Shown here: in pieces, positions 36,991-48,673 of the stretch
Numbering within the stretch: the first letter of the stretch is position 1
Layout: every line of letters starts with the position of its first letter
From: Blastocatellia bacterium
GTDB lineage: Bacteria; Acidobacteriota; Blastocatellia; UBA7656
Direction: 5' to 3'
DNA length: 64,000 nt
Assembly (NCBI GenBank): GCA_963765495.1
Contig: CAVXWP010000001.1
Coordinates: 224,001 to 288,000, forward strand
Program-made: the position numbers and the translations under genes
The notes under the pieces: generated by a model
The model's database searches: none
The model's input: only the letters and a program-made list of their open reading frames with translations
Told to the model about the DNA's origin: nothing

Positions 36991-37092
36991 GCGTGATGCG
37001 TTCACGTGATGCGTGAATTTCGATCTTATGGCCTGAAGTAATAATCTGAAACTTTACGCATCACGCGTCACGCATCACGTGAACGCATCACG
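36991..37092. repeat. Heptamer-armed inverted repeat element (GCGTGAT)n
   Basis: gcgtgatgcgttcacgtgatgcgtga ... tcacgcatcacgtgaacgcatcacgc. Confidence 0.85.
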
Positions 37093-37185
37093 CCCGCCCT
37101 GTTGCCCTTCGCCTTTTGTTCAAATCCACCTCTAAAAATGATATATTTGCGGAAGCCCTGCAAATTCAAGGAGCTTCGATCTGTT

Positions 37186-38652
37186 ATGAAAAGCATTCCT
37201 GAGAGTGGAGATACGGTACTGAATTTTATTGACGGCCAGTGGCAGGAGGCGCAGTCAAACCTGTGGACCGACAGATACGACCCGTCCGACCGGGGCCGCC
37301 TGGTAGCCCGCGCGCCCGATTCCGCGAGGGAGGATGCGCGCCGCGCTATCGAAGCGGCCTCGCGCGCATCGGAGGCGTGGCGCGAGTGGAGCGCGCCGCG
37401 CCGTGGAAAGCTGCTGTTTGACTGGCTCGGCTGGATAGATGCCCGCAAGGAAAAACTGGCCGAGCTTCTGACACGCGAAGAAGGAAAGATTCTCGCGGAA
37501 TCCCTCGGCGAAGTGCGCCGCACGATGGATATACTGGAATTTACGGCCGGGATGGGCCGCAGGCTTTCGGGCAAGGTCTTTCCGGCAGAAGAAGCCGAGG
37601 TCTTCTGTTATTCGAACGCGCACCCCTTGGGTGTAGTCGGTCTCATCAGCCCGTGGAATTTTCCCGTAGCGATCCCCGTGTGGAAGCTTGCGCCCGCGCT
37701 CGTCGCCGGGAATACCTGTGTGCTGAAACCGTCGCCGCTCACCCCGCTCACGGCCACCGCCGTTGTGCGAGGGCTTGAAGAGGTGGGCCTCCCGGCAGGT
37801 GTTGTAAACCTCGTTCACGGCGACAGCGAACCGGGTGTCGAGTTTGTCTCTAATGAAACGGTTCGTGGCGTCTCGTTTACCGGCTCTACCCTTGTCGGCA
37901 AAAAGATCGCGCGCGCCGCAAGCGAACGTCTGCTTAAATTGCAATTGGAGCTTGGAGGCAAAAACCCTCAGATCGTCCTCGAAGATGCCGATCTGGATCA
38001 GGCCATAAATGCGGTTGTCGGGGGGGCGTTTGGTTCGACCGGGCAACGATGCACCGCGACCAGCCGCGCCATTGTCGTAGGCCGGGTCTATGACGATTTT
38101 CTGAGCCGCGTCGTCGAGCACGCAAAGGCAATAAAGATCGGGCCGGGGCTTGAACCGGGAGTCGAGATGGGGCCGCTCGTCGATAGCCGTGCTTTGGAAG
38201 GCGTCACGAGCTATGCGGAATCGGGAAGACGCGAGCAGGCGCGCTTTTGCGCGGGCGGCGCGCGTCCGGCAGGAGAGAGCTTTGAGCGCGGATTCTATTT
38301 CGAGCCCACGGTGATAGAAGCGAGCCCCGATATGCAAATCGCAAGAGAAGAGATATTCGGCCCCGTGCTTTCAGTCATTCGCGCGCGAGACCTCGATGAG
38401 GCGATTGCGATAGCCAATTCCGTGCGCTATGGTCTTACGGCTTCGATCTTCACGCGGGATGTCGCGCGCGTGTTTCGATTTACGGAAAAGACCGAAGCGG
38501 GCATGGTGCATGTGAATCGTCCGGGTGTGGGAGGGTATTCGCACACTCCGTTTGGCGGGATCAAAGAGAGCGGCTACGGCGGGCGCGAAGTCAGCGATGA
38601 AGTGCTCGATTTCTATACCGAAACCAGGATGGTCTATATCAATTACAAATAG
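37186..38652 (+). CDS. NAD(P)-dependent aldehyde dehydrogenase
   Basis: SPWNFP, SFTGS, LELGGKNP, GQRCTA, EEIFGP, PFGGIKESG. Confidence 0.93.
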   Translation: MKSIPESGDTVLNFIDGQWQEAQSNLWTDRYDPSDRGRLVARAPDSAREDARRAIEAASRASEAWREWSAPRRGKLLFDWLGWIDARKEKLAELLTREEGKILAESLGEVRRTMDILEFTAGMGRRLSGKVFPAEEAEVFCYSNAHPLGVVGLISPWNFPVAIPVWKLAPALVAGNTCVLKPSPLTPLTATAVVRGLEEVGLPAGVVNLVHGDSEPGVEFVSNETVRGVSFTGSTLVGKKIARAASERLLKLQLELGGKNPQIVLEDADLDQAINAVVGGAFGSTGQRCTATSRAIVVGRVYDDFLSRVVEHAKAIKIGPGLEPGVEMGPLVDSRALEGVTSYAESGRREQARFCAGGARPAGESFERGFYFEPTVIEASPDMQIAREEIFGPVLSVIRARDLDEAIAIANSVRYGLTASIFTRDVARVFRFTEKTEAGMVHVNRPGVGGYSHTPFGGIKESGYGGREVSDEVLDFYTETRMVYINYK

Positions 38653-38682
38653 GCGTGATGCGCTCACGTGAGCGCATCACGC
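38653..38682. repeat. Perfect 30-bp palindrome made of the same GCGTGAT units (spacer-less element)
   Basis: gcgtgatgcgctcacgtgagcgcatcacgc directly after the ALDH stop. Confidence 0.85.
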
Positions 38683-38756
38683 ATCATTGCACCAGACGGT
38701 TTGCCACTTTAGAATACCCGTTCACGCCCGATCAAATTAAGAAAAGGAGAGCGAGC

Positions 38757-40037
38757 ATGGGGAGGATCATAACCGCGATTGTCTCGGCGCTGCTTGTCTC
38801 GGCGCTGCTTGTCTCGGCGCTGCTTGTTTCGGCAGTTGCGCGCGCCGTCACAGGCGCGCAGGACCTTCAGTCACAGGTCAAAACCATGATGGAGCGCGCC
38901 GATGTCAGGCGCGCACTCGATTACCCGGACGCGCACCGCGACCAGATACTTGCCGAATGGAAGAGTATAACCGAGATCAATGCGCCCTCCGGCAAGGAGC
39001 GCAATCGGGCCGAGGCCGTGCGCCGGATGCTTGAATCCTACGGTCTCGATAAGGTTTATTACGACTCTAAAAGCAATCTTGTAGCCGTCAGGAAAGGAAC
39101 CGGCGGCGGAAAGGCCGTCGTGTTTGATGCCCACCTCGACACGGTCTTTCAAGAGGGGCTGAAGATAAAAGCCGAAATCCGCGAGGGTAAGATTTATGCC
39201 CCCGGAATCGGAGACGATACCCGGAACGTAGTCGCCATGCTTGCATCAATACGCGCTCTGAACGAAGCAAAAATCAAGACCCGCAATGATTTGATATTCG
39301 TCTTCACGGTCGAAGAAGAGACGACAATGGAAGGCGCAGAGATCTTTATCAAAGAGAACAAAGACCGCATAGGCCAGTATGTAGCCCTCGACGGCGGCTA
39401 CGAGAGCATGACCTACGGCGGCATAGGAATAAACTGGTATCGGCATCATTTCATAGGCCCGGGCGGGCACACGCGATCAAAGACGCCGCCCTTTTCGGCC
39501 GCTCTCCCGCTCGCTCGCGCCATTGAGCGCATCTACGCGCTCGAACTGCCCGAAGACCCCACGGTCAACATCAATATAGGGATGCTCGGCGGCGCGGAGG
39601 TGGTAAATGCCAAGGCAAGCGACGCGTGGTTTACGGTTGATTTGCGCTCGACCGATCAAAAGGCGATTGATGATTTCGAAGCCCGCATCAGTGACATCAT
39701 CCGCGAAGAGGCCGAGCGCGCCGGGCTCGAATCGAAGACCGAGGTCTTATCGCGGCTTCCGGCGGCGCAGATTCCAAACAATCTCGACTCGTTTACCGTA
39801 AGGATGAGCGAAGCAGTTCATCACGCTCTGGGGTTTGAAGATGTGACGCTCAGCCCCGCCGCTTCAAACAACGCCAACATAGCGTTGTTGGCCGGGTTGC
39901 CTGCCATCTCTACGGGGGCCGCCCCCTGCGGCAACGCGCACGCGCTCAGTGAATGGTGCGCGATAGAGCCGTTTTACAAAGGCATCAGAAAGGTCATAAT
40001 GCTTGAAATCGCGCTGGCCGGGCCGGATGGGAAATGA
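38757..40037 (+). CDS. Exported M20/M25/M40 family metallopeptidase
   Basis: DAHLDTVF, PGIGDD, TVEEE, GGH, AH..SEW; signal peptide with (VSALL)x3. Confidence 0.88.
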   Translation: MGRIITAIVSALLVSALLVSALLVSAVARAVTGAQDLQSQVKTMMERADVRRALDYPDAHRDQILAEWKSITEINAPSGKERNRAEAVRRMLESYGLDKVYYDSKSNLVAVRKGTGGGKAVVFDAHLDTVFQEGLKIKAEIREGKIYAPGIGDDTRNVVAMLASIRALNEAKIKTRNDLIFVFTVEEETTMEGAEIFIKENKDRIGQYVALDGGYESMTYGGIGINWYRHHFIGPGGHTRSKTPPFSAALPLARAIERIYALELPEDPTVNINIGMLGGAEVVNAKASDAWFTVDLRSTDQKAIDDFEARISDIIREEAERAGLESKTEVLSRLPAAQIPNNLDSFTVRMSEAVHHALGFEDVTLSPAASNNANIALLAGLPAISTGAAPCGNAHALSEWCAIEPFYKGIRKVIMLEIALAGPDGK

Positions 40038-40109
40038 ATGGGTGGGAAGAAGAGTCAACGGAGCTTTGAGATTTGAAACCTCGGATCGGCGCGAAATGAA
40101 GGAGGATCG

Positions 40110-40577
40110 ATGAGAGGATCAAAACTGTTATTCGTGGCAAGCTGGGTCATCCTGCTGGTGCTTGTCGTCGCCATCGCTTTTATCTCAATCGGGTCGCTCA
40201 GAGTGGCCTACACGAGCAATCAGGATCGGATAGCTTCGGGCTTCACTCTCGAACAGGCTAGAGAGGTCGGCGGCGAAGAGGCGGTAAAGGCTATTCAGGG
40301 CCGGCGGGCTACGGCGGCTACGTGGGCGCTCGGATTTGCGCTGCTCGCAGCCTGGGTCGTGCTCGTGCCTTACAGGCGAGGCGAGCGATGGGCGTGGTGG
40401 GCGCTGCTTGTTTCGCTTGGGCTTTCGCAATTGCTCTCGATAGCGCGAGTGCTTATGATAGGCGGGACTCAGGGGACAGGCGCATCAGGCATAGTGCTGG
40501 CCTTTCTTTTACTTGGCTTGCTTGCAGGCGCTCCGCGCATGTTTTCCGGCGGCTATATCCCGGCGCTCGATGATTAA
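40110..40577 (+). CDS. Membrane hypothetical protein
   Basis: AAGGAGG RBS; four TMs; PYRRGERWAWW. Confidence 0.75.
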   Translation: MRGSKLLFVASWVILLVLVVAIAFISIGSLRVAYTSNQDRIASGFTLEQAREVGGEEAVKAIQGRRATAATWALGFALLAAWVVLVPYRRGERWAWWALLVSLGLSQLLSIARVLMIGGTQGTGASGIVLAFLLLGLLAGAPRMFSGGYIPALDD

Positions 40578-40580
40578 CTG

Positions 40581-41198
40581 TCACGCTCGATCAGGCGGGG
40601 GGAACAACTTCAGCAGGATAAGCCCGAGCGCCCATAATCCGGCTACGACGACAAACGTAGTCGCGAGCCAGAATTTCCAGTACGAATTAAAGGTCTCTTC
40701 CCATCCGGCGTAAACAATACGGGCGACGTTTATGTTCCACGCTTCGGGGGTCGTCAGTCGGGCGATTTCCTGAACAACCAGATACCAGAGCGTGGCATAG
40801 ACCCACGTCCATCGTCGGGCTCTGATTTTATAGAATGCAACCAGACCCACTATGAGGCCGCCTACATGAGAAAAGGTGGATGTCAAAAGCCATCCACCTC
40901 TTAGCACTACGTAATAAAACCAGAGCGCAAGCCCCGGAATCAGCCAGAACACCGCTACGCGAATCAACTCCGCGCGGCCGAGGAGCATCCCGACTCCGAG
41001 CAGCAGGACGCTGATGTTGCACATCCAGAGCATGTTGGCCGTCTCTGCGCGGTCGAGATAGTAAAACCCGTGCGCGGCAAAAAAGGCGAGCGGCACGAGG
41101 CCCGCCAGCCGCATGCCGGTTGACAGCCCGTCAGCCCTGTTTGCTTTCGATGTAGTGTCACGCCGAGCGGCCGGTCCTTGCGTAGCTTTTTCCCTCAA
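40581..41198 (-). CDS. Membrane hypothetical protein
   Basis: About six TMs; LWMCN, FSH, WNINVA; 4-bp overlap with TPR gene. Confidence 0.7.
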   Translation of the reverse strand: MREKATQGPAARRDTTSKANRADGLSTGMRLAGLVPLAFFAAHGFYYLDRAETANMLWMCNISVLLLGVGMLLGRAELIRVAVFWLIPGLALWFYYVVLRGGWLLTSTFSHVGGLIVGLVAFYKIRARRWTWVYATLWYLVVQEIARLTTPEAWNINVARIVYAGWEETFNSYWKFWLATTFVVVAGLWALGLILLKLFPPPDRA

Positions 41199-42514
41199 CC
41201 TTTCGCCGGGACATAAGGCTTTTTGATGTACTGCCCGGCAAGTTTATGAGAATCGAATACGTTCTCGCGTTTCAGCACCGTCTGGTATTCCTCTAAAGCT
41301 TCGTCGCGTTTGCCCGCCGCGTCAAGCGCCTGACCGGCGTGAAGGTAGGCGAGCGACACAAGCTGCTTTTCGGATTTGGGCCATCGCTTGACCTCCGCGT
41401 ACTTTTCGATGGCCTCCGTGTAACGGCCCGCGGCGGTGAGCGCCTCGCCCCATTGATAATTGATCAGGTCGGTGGCTTCCGAGGCTACGCGCTCGTCTTT
41501 GAGCATGGCGGCAAAGGCTGCGTCGCCGTCTTGCGGGCGATTCATGCGATAGAGCATCGCCGCGCGCTCGACGCCCAGCAGGTAATTGCGCGGATATTTG
41601 TTTGCCAGAAAGCTGATGTTTTCAAGCGCGCCTTCGGGATTGTTTTCGCGGCTGTAAAGACCTATCAACAGCACTCGCGCATCATCTGCCGCATACTTGC
41701 CGCGCGCGGCCACCATCTCGAGATATTCGAAGCCCTTCTTTTTCGAGCCCTTTAACCCGGCAAGTCGCGCAAGCACCTTCCAGACAAAAGGCAGGCTGTC
41801 GATGACGTATTCGTAAAGCCCTATGCTCAGATAAGCATCCACATAATCGGGATCGAGTTTGACTACCCGCTTTTGAATCTTGATGGAATCGTTTGCATCG
41901 CCGATGGCTTTGCGAAAGCTGCGTTTCAAGGTAACGGTGTAGCCTGCGCGCAACCCTTGCGCTGCTCCCATGTAATAGAGCGCCTCCGTATCCTGCGGGT
42001 TCTGTTTCAATCGCGCTTCGGAGACGGCTACGGCCTTCTTAATCAGAGCCTCGAACTGGCGATTGCGATCAGGGTCGAAGCTATCCTGCTCGGCATCCTG
42101 ATCGTAAAAAGATTCGCCCGAATAAAGCGAGGTCGAAAGCCTGCGGCTTGAGTTGAGAGTTTCGAGCCAGAGGTTGTTTGCGAGATAGACATATCCGGCC
42201 GGGTGGTCCGGGGCTATCTTCGTCATACGCTCGAACATCTCTCGGGCCTTTTTGTAATCGAGGTTGTAGACCGCTTCGTTGCCTTCGATTCTCAGCCGGT
42301 CAAACTCTTCCGCGTTTGATGAATTGCTTGCCCGCGCGGATTTCACCTGTGTGGATTTCACCTGTGTGGATTTCACCTGTGCGGATTTCACCTGTGCGGA
42401 TTTCGCCTGCTGTCTGGTCGCGCTTCTTGTCTGGGGGGTGGTCGATGCAATTGCGCCTGTAATGTTCGATGTAAAAATCACGAACGCAAGGAATAAAGCC
42501 TGTACTGCATACAT
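41195..42514 (-). CDS. Exported TPR protein
   Basis: Signal peptide, YNLDY..A, LDPDYVDAYLSIGLYEY, several TPRs; (QVKS[A/T]) repeats. Confidence 0.8.
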   Translation of the reverse strand: MYAVQALFLAFVIFTSNITGAIASTTPQTRSATRQQAKSAQVKSAQVKSTQVKSTQVKSARASNSSNAEEFDRLRIEGNEAVYNLDYKKAREMFERMTKIAPDHPAGYVYLANNLWLETLNSSRRLSTSLYSGESFYDQDAEQDSFDPDRNRQFEALIKKAVAVSEARLKQNPQDTEALYYMGAAQGLRAGYTVTLKRSFRKAIGDANDSIKIQKRVVKLDPDYVDAYLSIGLYEYVIDSLPFVWKVLARLAGLKGSKKKGFEYLEMVAARGKYAADDARVLLIGLYSRENNPEGALENISFLANKYPRNYLLGVERAAMLYRMNRPQDGDAAFAAMLKDERVASEATDLINYQWGEALTAAGRYTEAIEKYAEVKRWPKSEKQLVSLAYLHAGQALDAAGKRDEALEEYQTVLKRENVFDSHKLAGQYIKKPYVPAKG

Positions 42515-42567
42515 CCTGAAATCTCCTTAGCTGATAAGATCCATTCGAGCAGGGACACGCGCATATA

Positions 42568-43575
42568 TCAGGGAATGATGATTGACAGTGCATCGGGCAC
42601 TATATCAAATTCCATCGGCAACGAGCCTATCAACTCTCCGTCGACCTCCACCCACAGCTCATCCGAAGAATTTACCTTGATGTGACGGCCTTTAACTATT
42701 GTTGCGCTCGTCCGGGCGGCATCGCCTCGCAGACATCTGGCGAAATCAGGCATATAAGCCAGGATGTTTGAGCGGGGCGGGAATATCGCTACTTCGAATA
42801 ACGCCTCTTCAAGATCGGCGTTGGGCGTTAATTTAAGGCCGCCGCCGTAGCTTTTGCCGTTGCCTATGACGGCGAACGCGCTTTCGTATGCTCGTCCGTC
42901 CACCTCTATCATAAACGGCTCTGCGCCCCACGTGGCGATATGCTTCATGCCCGAAATCCAGAAGGCGAACTCGCCTGTTCTCCGCTTCAGCTTCGGATTC
43001 ACCGCGCGGGTTATCGAAGCATCCAGCCCGATGCCTGCGAACATCAGAAAATACCTCTGCGGGGGCCGTGGGTCGGGGGCCGGGGGTCGGTTTAGATCGG
43101 TCGCCATGTCATAGCCCGGCTGACGATTGCTGTCTCCCGTTTCATCCCCGGCCCCAGGCCCTCGCTCCCCGGCCCCTGTCTGGACTACAGACAAAGCGCG
43201 GCCTAAAGCGATCCGTCGGGTCTTACCTGCGGCTATCACATCGGCGAGACCTTTCAAATCGGAAGGCATAAGGATGTCGCGCGCCACTACGTTGGCCGTG
43301 CCGCCGGCCCACACGGCAAGCGCGGCGTTGCCTCCGACTAAACCTTGAAGAACTTCATTGAGCGTTCCGTCACCGCCGTAGCTGACGACTATCTCTGCGC
43401 CTTCCGAAGTTGCTTCACGCGCAAGGCGAACAGCGTCGTTCGGCGCGGCGGTGGCGTGGGCCTCTGCTTCGACGCCGCGCTCTTTGAGTAACTCGATCAA
43501 CGCGCGGGCGTTTTCCGCGCGGCGGCCCGGACGGCCCGATATCGGGTTGTAGATTATGACTGCTCGTTTGCTCAT
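42568..43575 (-). CDS. Diacylglycerol/YegS-family lipid kinase with an in-frame repeat insertion
   Basis: IYNPISG, GGDGTLNEV, GGTANVVA, AGIGLDA, VDGE. Confidence 0.9.
   Translation of the reverse strand: MSKRAVIIYNPISGRPGRRAENARALIELLKERGVEAEAHATAAPNDAVRLAREATSEGAEIVVSYGGDGTLNEVLQGLVGGNAALAVWAGGTANVVARDILMPSDLKGLADVIAAGKTRRIALGRALSVVQTGAGERGPGAGDETGDSNRQPGYDMATDLNRPPAPDPRPPQRYFLMFAGIGLDASITRAVNPKLKRRTGEFAFWISGMKHIATWGAEPFMIEVDGRAYESAFAVIGNGKSYGGGLKLTPNADLEEALFEVAIFPPRSNILAYMPDFARCLRGDAARTSATIVKGRHIKVNSSDELWVEVDGELIGSLPMEFDIVPDALSIIIP
43061..43177. repeat. Heptamer-armed inverted repeat element (GGGGCCG/GGGGTCG) inside the lipid kinase CDS
   Basis: gggggccgtgggtcgggggccgggggtcgg ... ccccggccccaggccctcgctccccggcccct; same arm type as intergenic 51063-51217. 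Confidence 0.75.
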
Positions 43576-43700
43576 CGTGTCCCTGTGTTGGTAGTGCAAG
43601 TTGGATGCCATTCAGATACGGCTGTAAGTATTCTAAAACCGCGTTTCCCGTAACATCAAGAAGGCCGGGGCGCAGGTTTTATCCGACTATAGTCGGAAAA

Positions 43701-43810
43701 GTGATACGTGAAGCGTGATGCGTGGCTTTCGGATAGATTGCCTGTTAAAGACTATTTCCAAGCCTGCTAAATCACGAATCGCGCATCGCGCTTCACTCTT
43801 CACGCATCGC
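43701..43810. repeat. Heptamer-armed inverted repeat element overlapping the methyltransferase 3' end
   Basis: gtgatacgtgaagcgtgatgcgtg ... tcacgaatcgcgcatcgcgcttcactcttcacgcatc; spacer resembles the reverse complement of the 15367 spacer. Confidence 0.8.
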
Positions 43811-44566
43811 TTTGAGTATGAGGTAGACGGGAATGCGCATCGCTCCATTGTAACGGTCGGCATTTTTGGCGACGAAATCAGCCGGTGGCTGAGGCTCGCA
43901 CAAATCCGTCACCTTGAGCCCGCTTGAAGTCAGCGCGTTGAAATAATCAGAGGTAGTATGATGATAACTCACTATGCGGCGACCCTCGGCGGGCACTTCG
44001 CCGCATGCCAGCCACGGGGTTTCAATCGAGCGAATCGGTTCGCCAAAATAATGTGTCTTCCAGTCTTCAGGCGGCATGTTTTCGTCTGGACCGGCTACGG
44101 GAAACCGCGCAGTGGAAATCGGGTGCAATACGCTTGCGATGAAGCGCCCCCGGGGCTTGAGAACTTTCGCCACTTCTCGCATGAACGCGTCAAGGTTCTG
44201 GATGTAATGCAGCGCCGTGGCAGTCAATACGAGATCAAATTCCGATTCCCCAAACGGCAAAGGGCGACTGATATCGGCGGCGGCCAGATCGAGTTGCGCG
44301 CCCTGTTTGCGAGCCTTTTCGAGCGCCAGCCTGATCATCACCGGAGACAGATCAAGCCCCGTAACCCGCGCTCCGCGTTCGGCAAGCCACAACGAATACG
44401 CCCCCGACCCGCAGCCAAGATCAAGTGCCCGCGCGCCTTCAAGCACGCCTGTCAGGCGTTCAATCGCAGGGCGTTCGATGTTTTCAGAATACGAATCAGC
44501 GGTCGTATTGAAACGGTCGAAGGCTTCGCCGCACGCGTTCCATGTGTTTTTCACATCATCGGACAT
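43793..44566 (-). CDS. Class I SAM-dependent methyltransferase
   Basis: ALDLGCGSG, VTGLDLS, FDLVL...LHY, LKPRG; ATG 44566 preferred because the longer ORF start lies in a repeat. Confidence 0.9.
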   Translation of the reverse strand: MSDDVKNTWNACGEAFDRFNTTADSYSENIERPAIERLTGVLEGARALDLGCGSGAYSLWLAERGARVTGLDLSPVMIRLALEKARKQGAQLDLAAADISRPLPFGESEFDLVLTATALHYIQNLDAFMREVAKVLKPRGRFIASVLHPISTARFPVAGPDENMPPEDWKTHYFGEPIRSIETPWLACGEVPAEGRRIVSYHHTTSDYFNALTSSGLKVTDLCEPQPPADFVAKNADRYNGAMRIPVYLILKAMREE

Positions 44567-44570
44567 AATC

Positions 44571-44705
44571 TGAGGGATGAGGGATGAAAAGGACTGTAGC
44601 GTAACAACTCGGTGAAAAGCGACTTGCCAGTTATCAAGATAATCACTGAGAGTCCTTTTCATCCCTCATCCCTCATCCCTCATCCCTCCTGAAATCCTTC
44701 ATCCT
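44571..44705. repeat. Heptamer-armed inverted repeat element (TGAGGGA)n...(TCCCTCA)n
   Basis: tgagggatgagggatgaa ... ttcatccctcatccctcatccctcatccct. Confidence 0.85.
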
Positions 44706-46181
<1,476 letters not shown>

Positions 46182-46356
46182 TCAAAATAAATAAAGAAGA
46201 TTGATCCGACATGCCCCCCGAGATAAGCTCATTCGGGAAGCACAATATACGGTGCTGGTTCCATGTGGCCCCAGCAATGGAATGTATCAAAGGGGTTGGA
46301 GCTTTGCAAGCGCAGGCAATAAATCGTATCGAATGGACAAAAGATAAGGGCAACGT

Positions 46357-46397
46357 GAAGGAATAGACGGGATAAGGCTTATCCCGTCTATTCCTTC
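46357..46397. repeat. Perfect 20-bp inverted repeat with 1-nt centre
   Basis: gaaggaatagacgggataag-g-cttatcccgtctattccttc. Confidence 0.85.
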
Positions 46398-46427
46398 CTG
46401 AGTTCTTTAAGAGAGTGTTAAAGCGAC

Positions 46428-46700
46428 TCAAGTCGCCTGACGGATCAGGGGAAGGATTTCCTTGAATTGATTGCGCATCTCTCTGAAGTCTCCCCGCAAA
46501 GTAAGCATGTCAGCGCGCGTGGCGTGAATCATGCTATCCATCCGGTCAAAGCGTTCATCGAACGCCTCCAGGCGCTCGTCAAATTTATTCAAACGCTCGT
46601 GAATCCCCTGTATTTGCGCTCCGAGGGTTGCTCCAAGCGTGTTTATTCGATCAAGTACGGTCTCGATTGTGGGTCTGGTCATAATATCGTCGCTGCTCAT
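46428..46700 (-). CDS. Small coiled-coil hypothetical protein
   Basis: Heptad pattern ERLNKFDERLEAFDERFDRMD. Confidence 0.65.
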   Translation of the reverse strand: MSSDDIMTRPTIETVLDRINTLGATLGAQIQGIHERLNKFDERLEAFDERFDRMDSMIHATRADMLTLRGDFREMRNQFKEILPLIRQAT

Positions 46701-46795
46701 CGCCAGTTCTCGCTTCCTGTCTCTGCAAGATCGCCTGGGGTACTAATATCAATACCCCTTCGTTCGACCCGAGTCAACGTTTGCGGAAGGGTTGC

Positions 46796-46825
46796 TTGAC
46801 AGTAATCTTTTGAGCTTGCTACTTT
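46796..46825 (+). promoter_or_regulatory. sigma70 promoter of proS
   Basis: TTGACA-18 bp-TACTTT with extended -10 TG. Confidence 0.55.
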
Positions 46826-46891
46826 TGCTAATTGGACATGGCGTGGGAAAGCTGTCTTTATTGCGCGCCTGTTTTTTAAGGAGATACATAA

Positions 46892-48661
46892 ATGCGATGG
46901 TCTAAATTGTTCATACCGACTCTGCGCGAAGACCCGGCAGATGCCGAGGTCAAAAGCCACCGGCTGCTTGTGCGAGCGGGCTACATACGTCAGTTGACCT
47001 CGGGCGTCTATTCGCTGCTGCCGCTGGCCGAGCGCGTGCGGCTGAAGATAATCAATATAATCCGCGAAGAGATGAATCGAGCGGGCGCGCAGGAATTCTT
47101 TCTGCCCGCGATTCATCCGGCCGAGTTCTGGAAAGAATCAGGCAGGTGGGAAGTGATGGGTGACAATATGTTTCGGCTGCGCGACCGCAAGGGCAACGAT
47201 ATGGTGCTCGGCATGACGCACGAAGAAGTATTCACCTCCATCGCTCGGCACACATTAAACTCCTATCGCCAGTTGCCGCAGGTCTGGTATCAGATTCAGA
47301 CCAAGTTCCGCGACGAGGCCCGGCCCAAGTCCGGCCTTCTGCGCGTGCGCGAGTTCACAATGAAAGACGCGTATTCTTTCGATGTGGACCGTGAAGGGCT
47401 CGATAAATCGTTTCAGGGTCAGTACGACGCCTATTGCCGCATATTCACCCGCGCCGGATTGAAATACATAGCCGTCGAGGCGAGTTCGGGCGCGATGGGC
47501 GGAAGCCAGTCAACCGAGTTCATGATGCGCACAAACGCAGGCGAAGACAATATAGCGTTCTGCGAAAAATGCGGCTACGCGGCAAATGTCGAAAAGGCCG
47601 TTTCGCGGCTCGAACCCGTAGAGGATGAATCAACCACCGACGCGCCTGAGAAATTCCCGACACCCGGTGTGCGGACCATCAATGATCTCACAACGTTTCC
47701 GGGCGGCGCTTCGGCAGGTCGGCAAATCAAGACGCTTGTCTATATGCTCGACGACAAGCTCGCGCTTGTACTTATGCGCGGCGACCATGACTTGAACGAG
47801 ATCAAGCTTCAGGATGCCACGGGCGCTATAAACGTCAGGCCCGCGCAACCGGAGGAGATACGAGACGCGCTAGGGGCCGGAGCCGGATCGCTCGGCGCTG
47901 TCGAAGTTTCAAACGCCTCTCATCCGCGAGTATCTCAGGTGGTAGCCGATGAATCTCTGCGCGGGCGAAAGGGTATGACCACGGGCGCAAACGAAGACAA
48001 TTTCCACCTGCGCGGTGTCGCGGTTGAGCGAGACATCAAGGTAGACAAGTGGGGGAGCCTCCGTTCGGTCAGGGCGGGCGAGGGCTGTCCGAATTGCGAG
48101 GGCGTGCTCGATGTTTTTCGAGCGGTCGAGGTGGGTCACATCTTTAAGCTCGGCACGAAGTATTCAGCCAGCATGGGCGCGAATGTCCTGACCGCCGAAG
48201 GTAACGAGGTGCCGATCATCATGGGCAGTTACGGCATAGGCGTAGAGCGATTGCTGGCCGCTGCGGTCGAGTATCACGGCGATGAGGCGGGGATAGTATG
48301 GCCCGTTGCGATAGCGCCTTTTCACGTAGTCGTTACCCCGGTCAACACAAAGGATCAGGATTTAGTGGACGCGGCCGAAAGGATCTATCGCAAACTGGAA
48401 GAGGCGGGCATTGAAGTCCTTCTCGATGACCGCGACGAGCGCGCAGGCGTCAAATTTAACGATGCCGATTTGATCGGCGTGCCTTACCGTATAACCGTGG
48501 GCAAGAAGATCAAGGAAGGCAAAGTCGAATTGATGACCCGAGCCACTCGCGCATCGGAAGATGTGGCGATTGATTCGGTAGGTGAAACTTTAAAGAAGGC
48601 TTTAAGGGAGGCTCTAGAAAAGCCCTTCTATGAAGCTGCCATAGAAAACCTCGCCACTTAA
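46892..48661 (+). CDS. proS: Proline--tRNA ligase (with editing domain)
   Basis: [49 protein letters not shown]. Confidence 0.98.
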   Translation: MRWSKLFIPTLREDPADAEVKSHRLLVRAGYIRQLTSGVYSLLPLAERVRLKIINIIREEMNRAGAQEFFLPAIHPAEFWKESGRWEVMGDNMFRLRDRKGNDMVLGMTHEEVFTSIARHTLNSYRQLPQVWYQIQTKFRDEARPKSGLLRVREFTMKDAYSFDVDREGLDKSFQGQYDAYCRIFTRAGLKYIAVEASSGAMGGSQSTEFMMRTNAGEDNIAFCEKCGYAANVEKAVSRLEPVEDESTTDAPEKFPTPGVRTINDLTTFPGGASAGRQIKTLVYMLDDKLALVLMRGDHDLNEIKLQDATGAINVRPAQPEEIRDALGAGAGSLGAVEVSNASHPRVSQVVADESLRGRKGMTTGANEDNFHLRGVAVERDIKVDKWGSLRSVRAGEGCPNCEGVLDVFRAVEVGHIFKLGTKYSASMGANVLTAEGNEVPIIMGSYGIGVERLLAAAVEYHGDEAGIVWPVAIAPFHVVVTPVNTKDQDLVDAAERIYRKLEEAGIEVLLDDRDERAGVKFNDADLIGVPYRITVGKKIKEGKVELMTRATRASEDVAIDSVGETLKKALREALEKPFYEAAIENLAT

Positions 48662-48673
48662 ATCGGAATGCAA

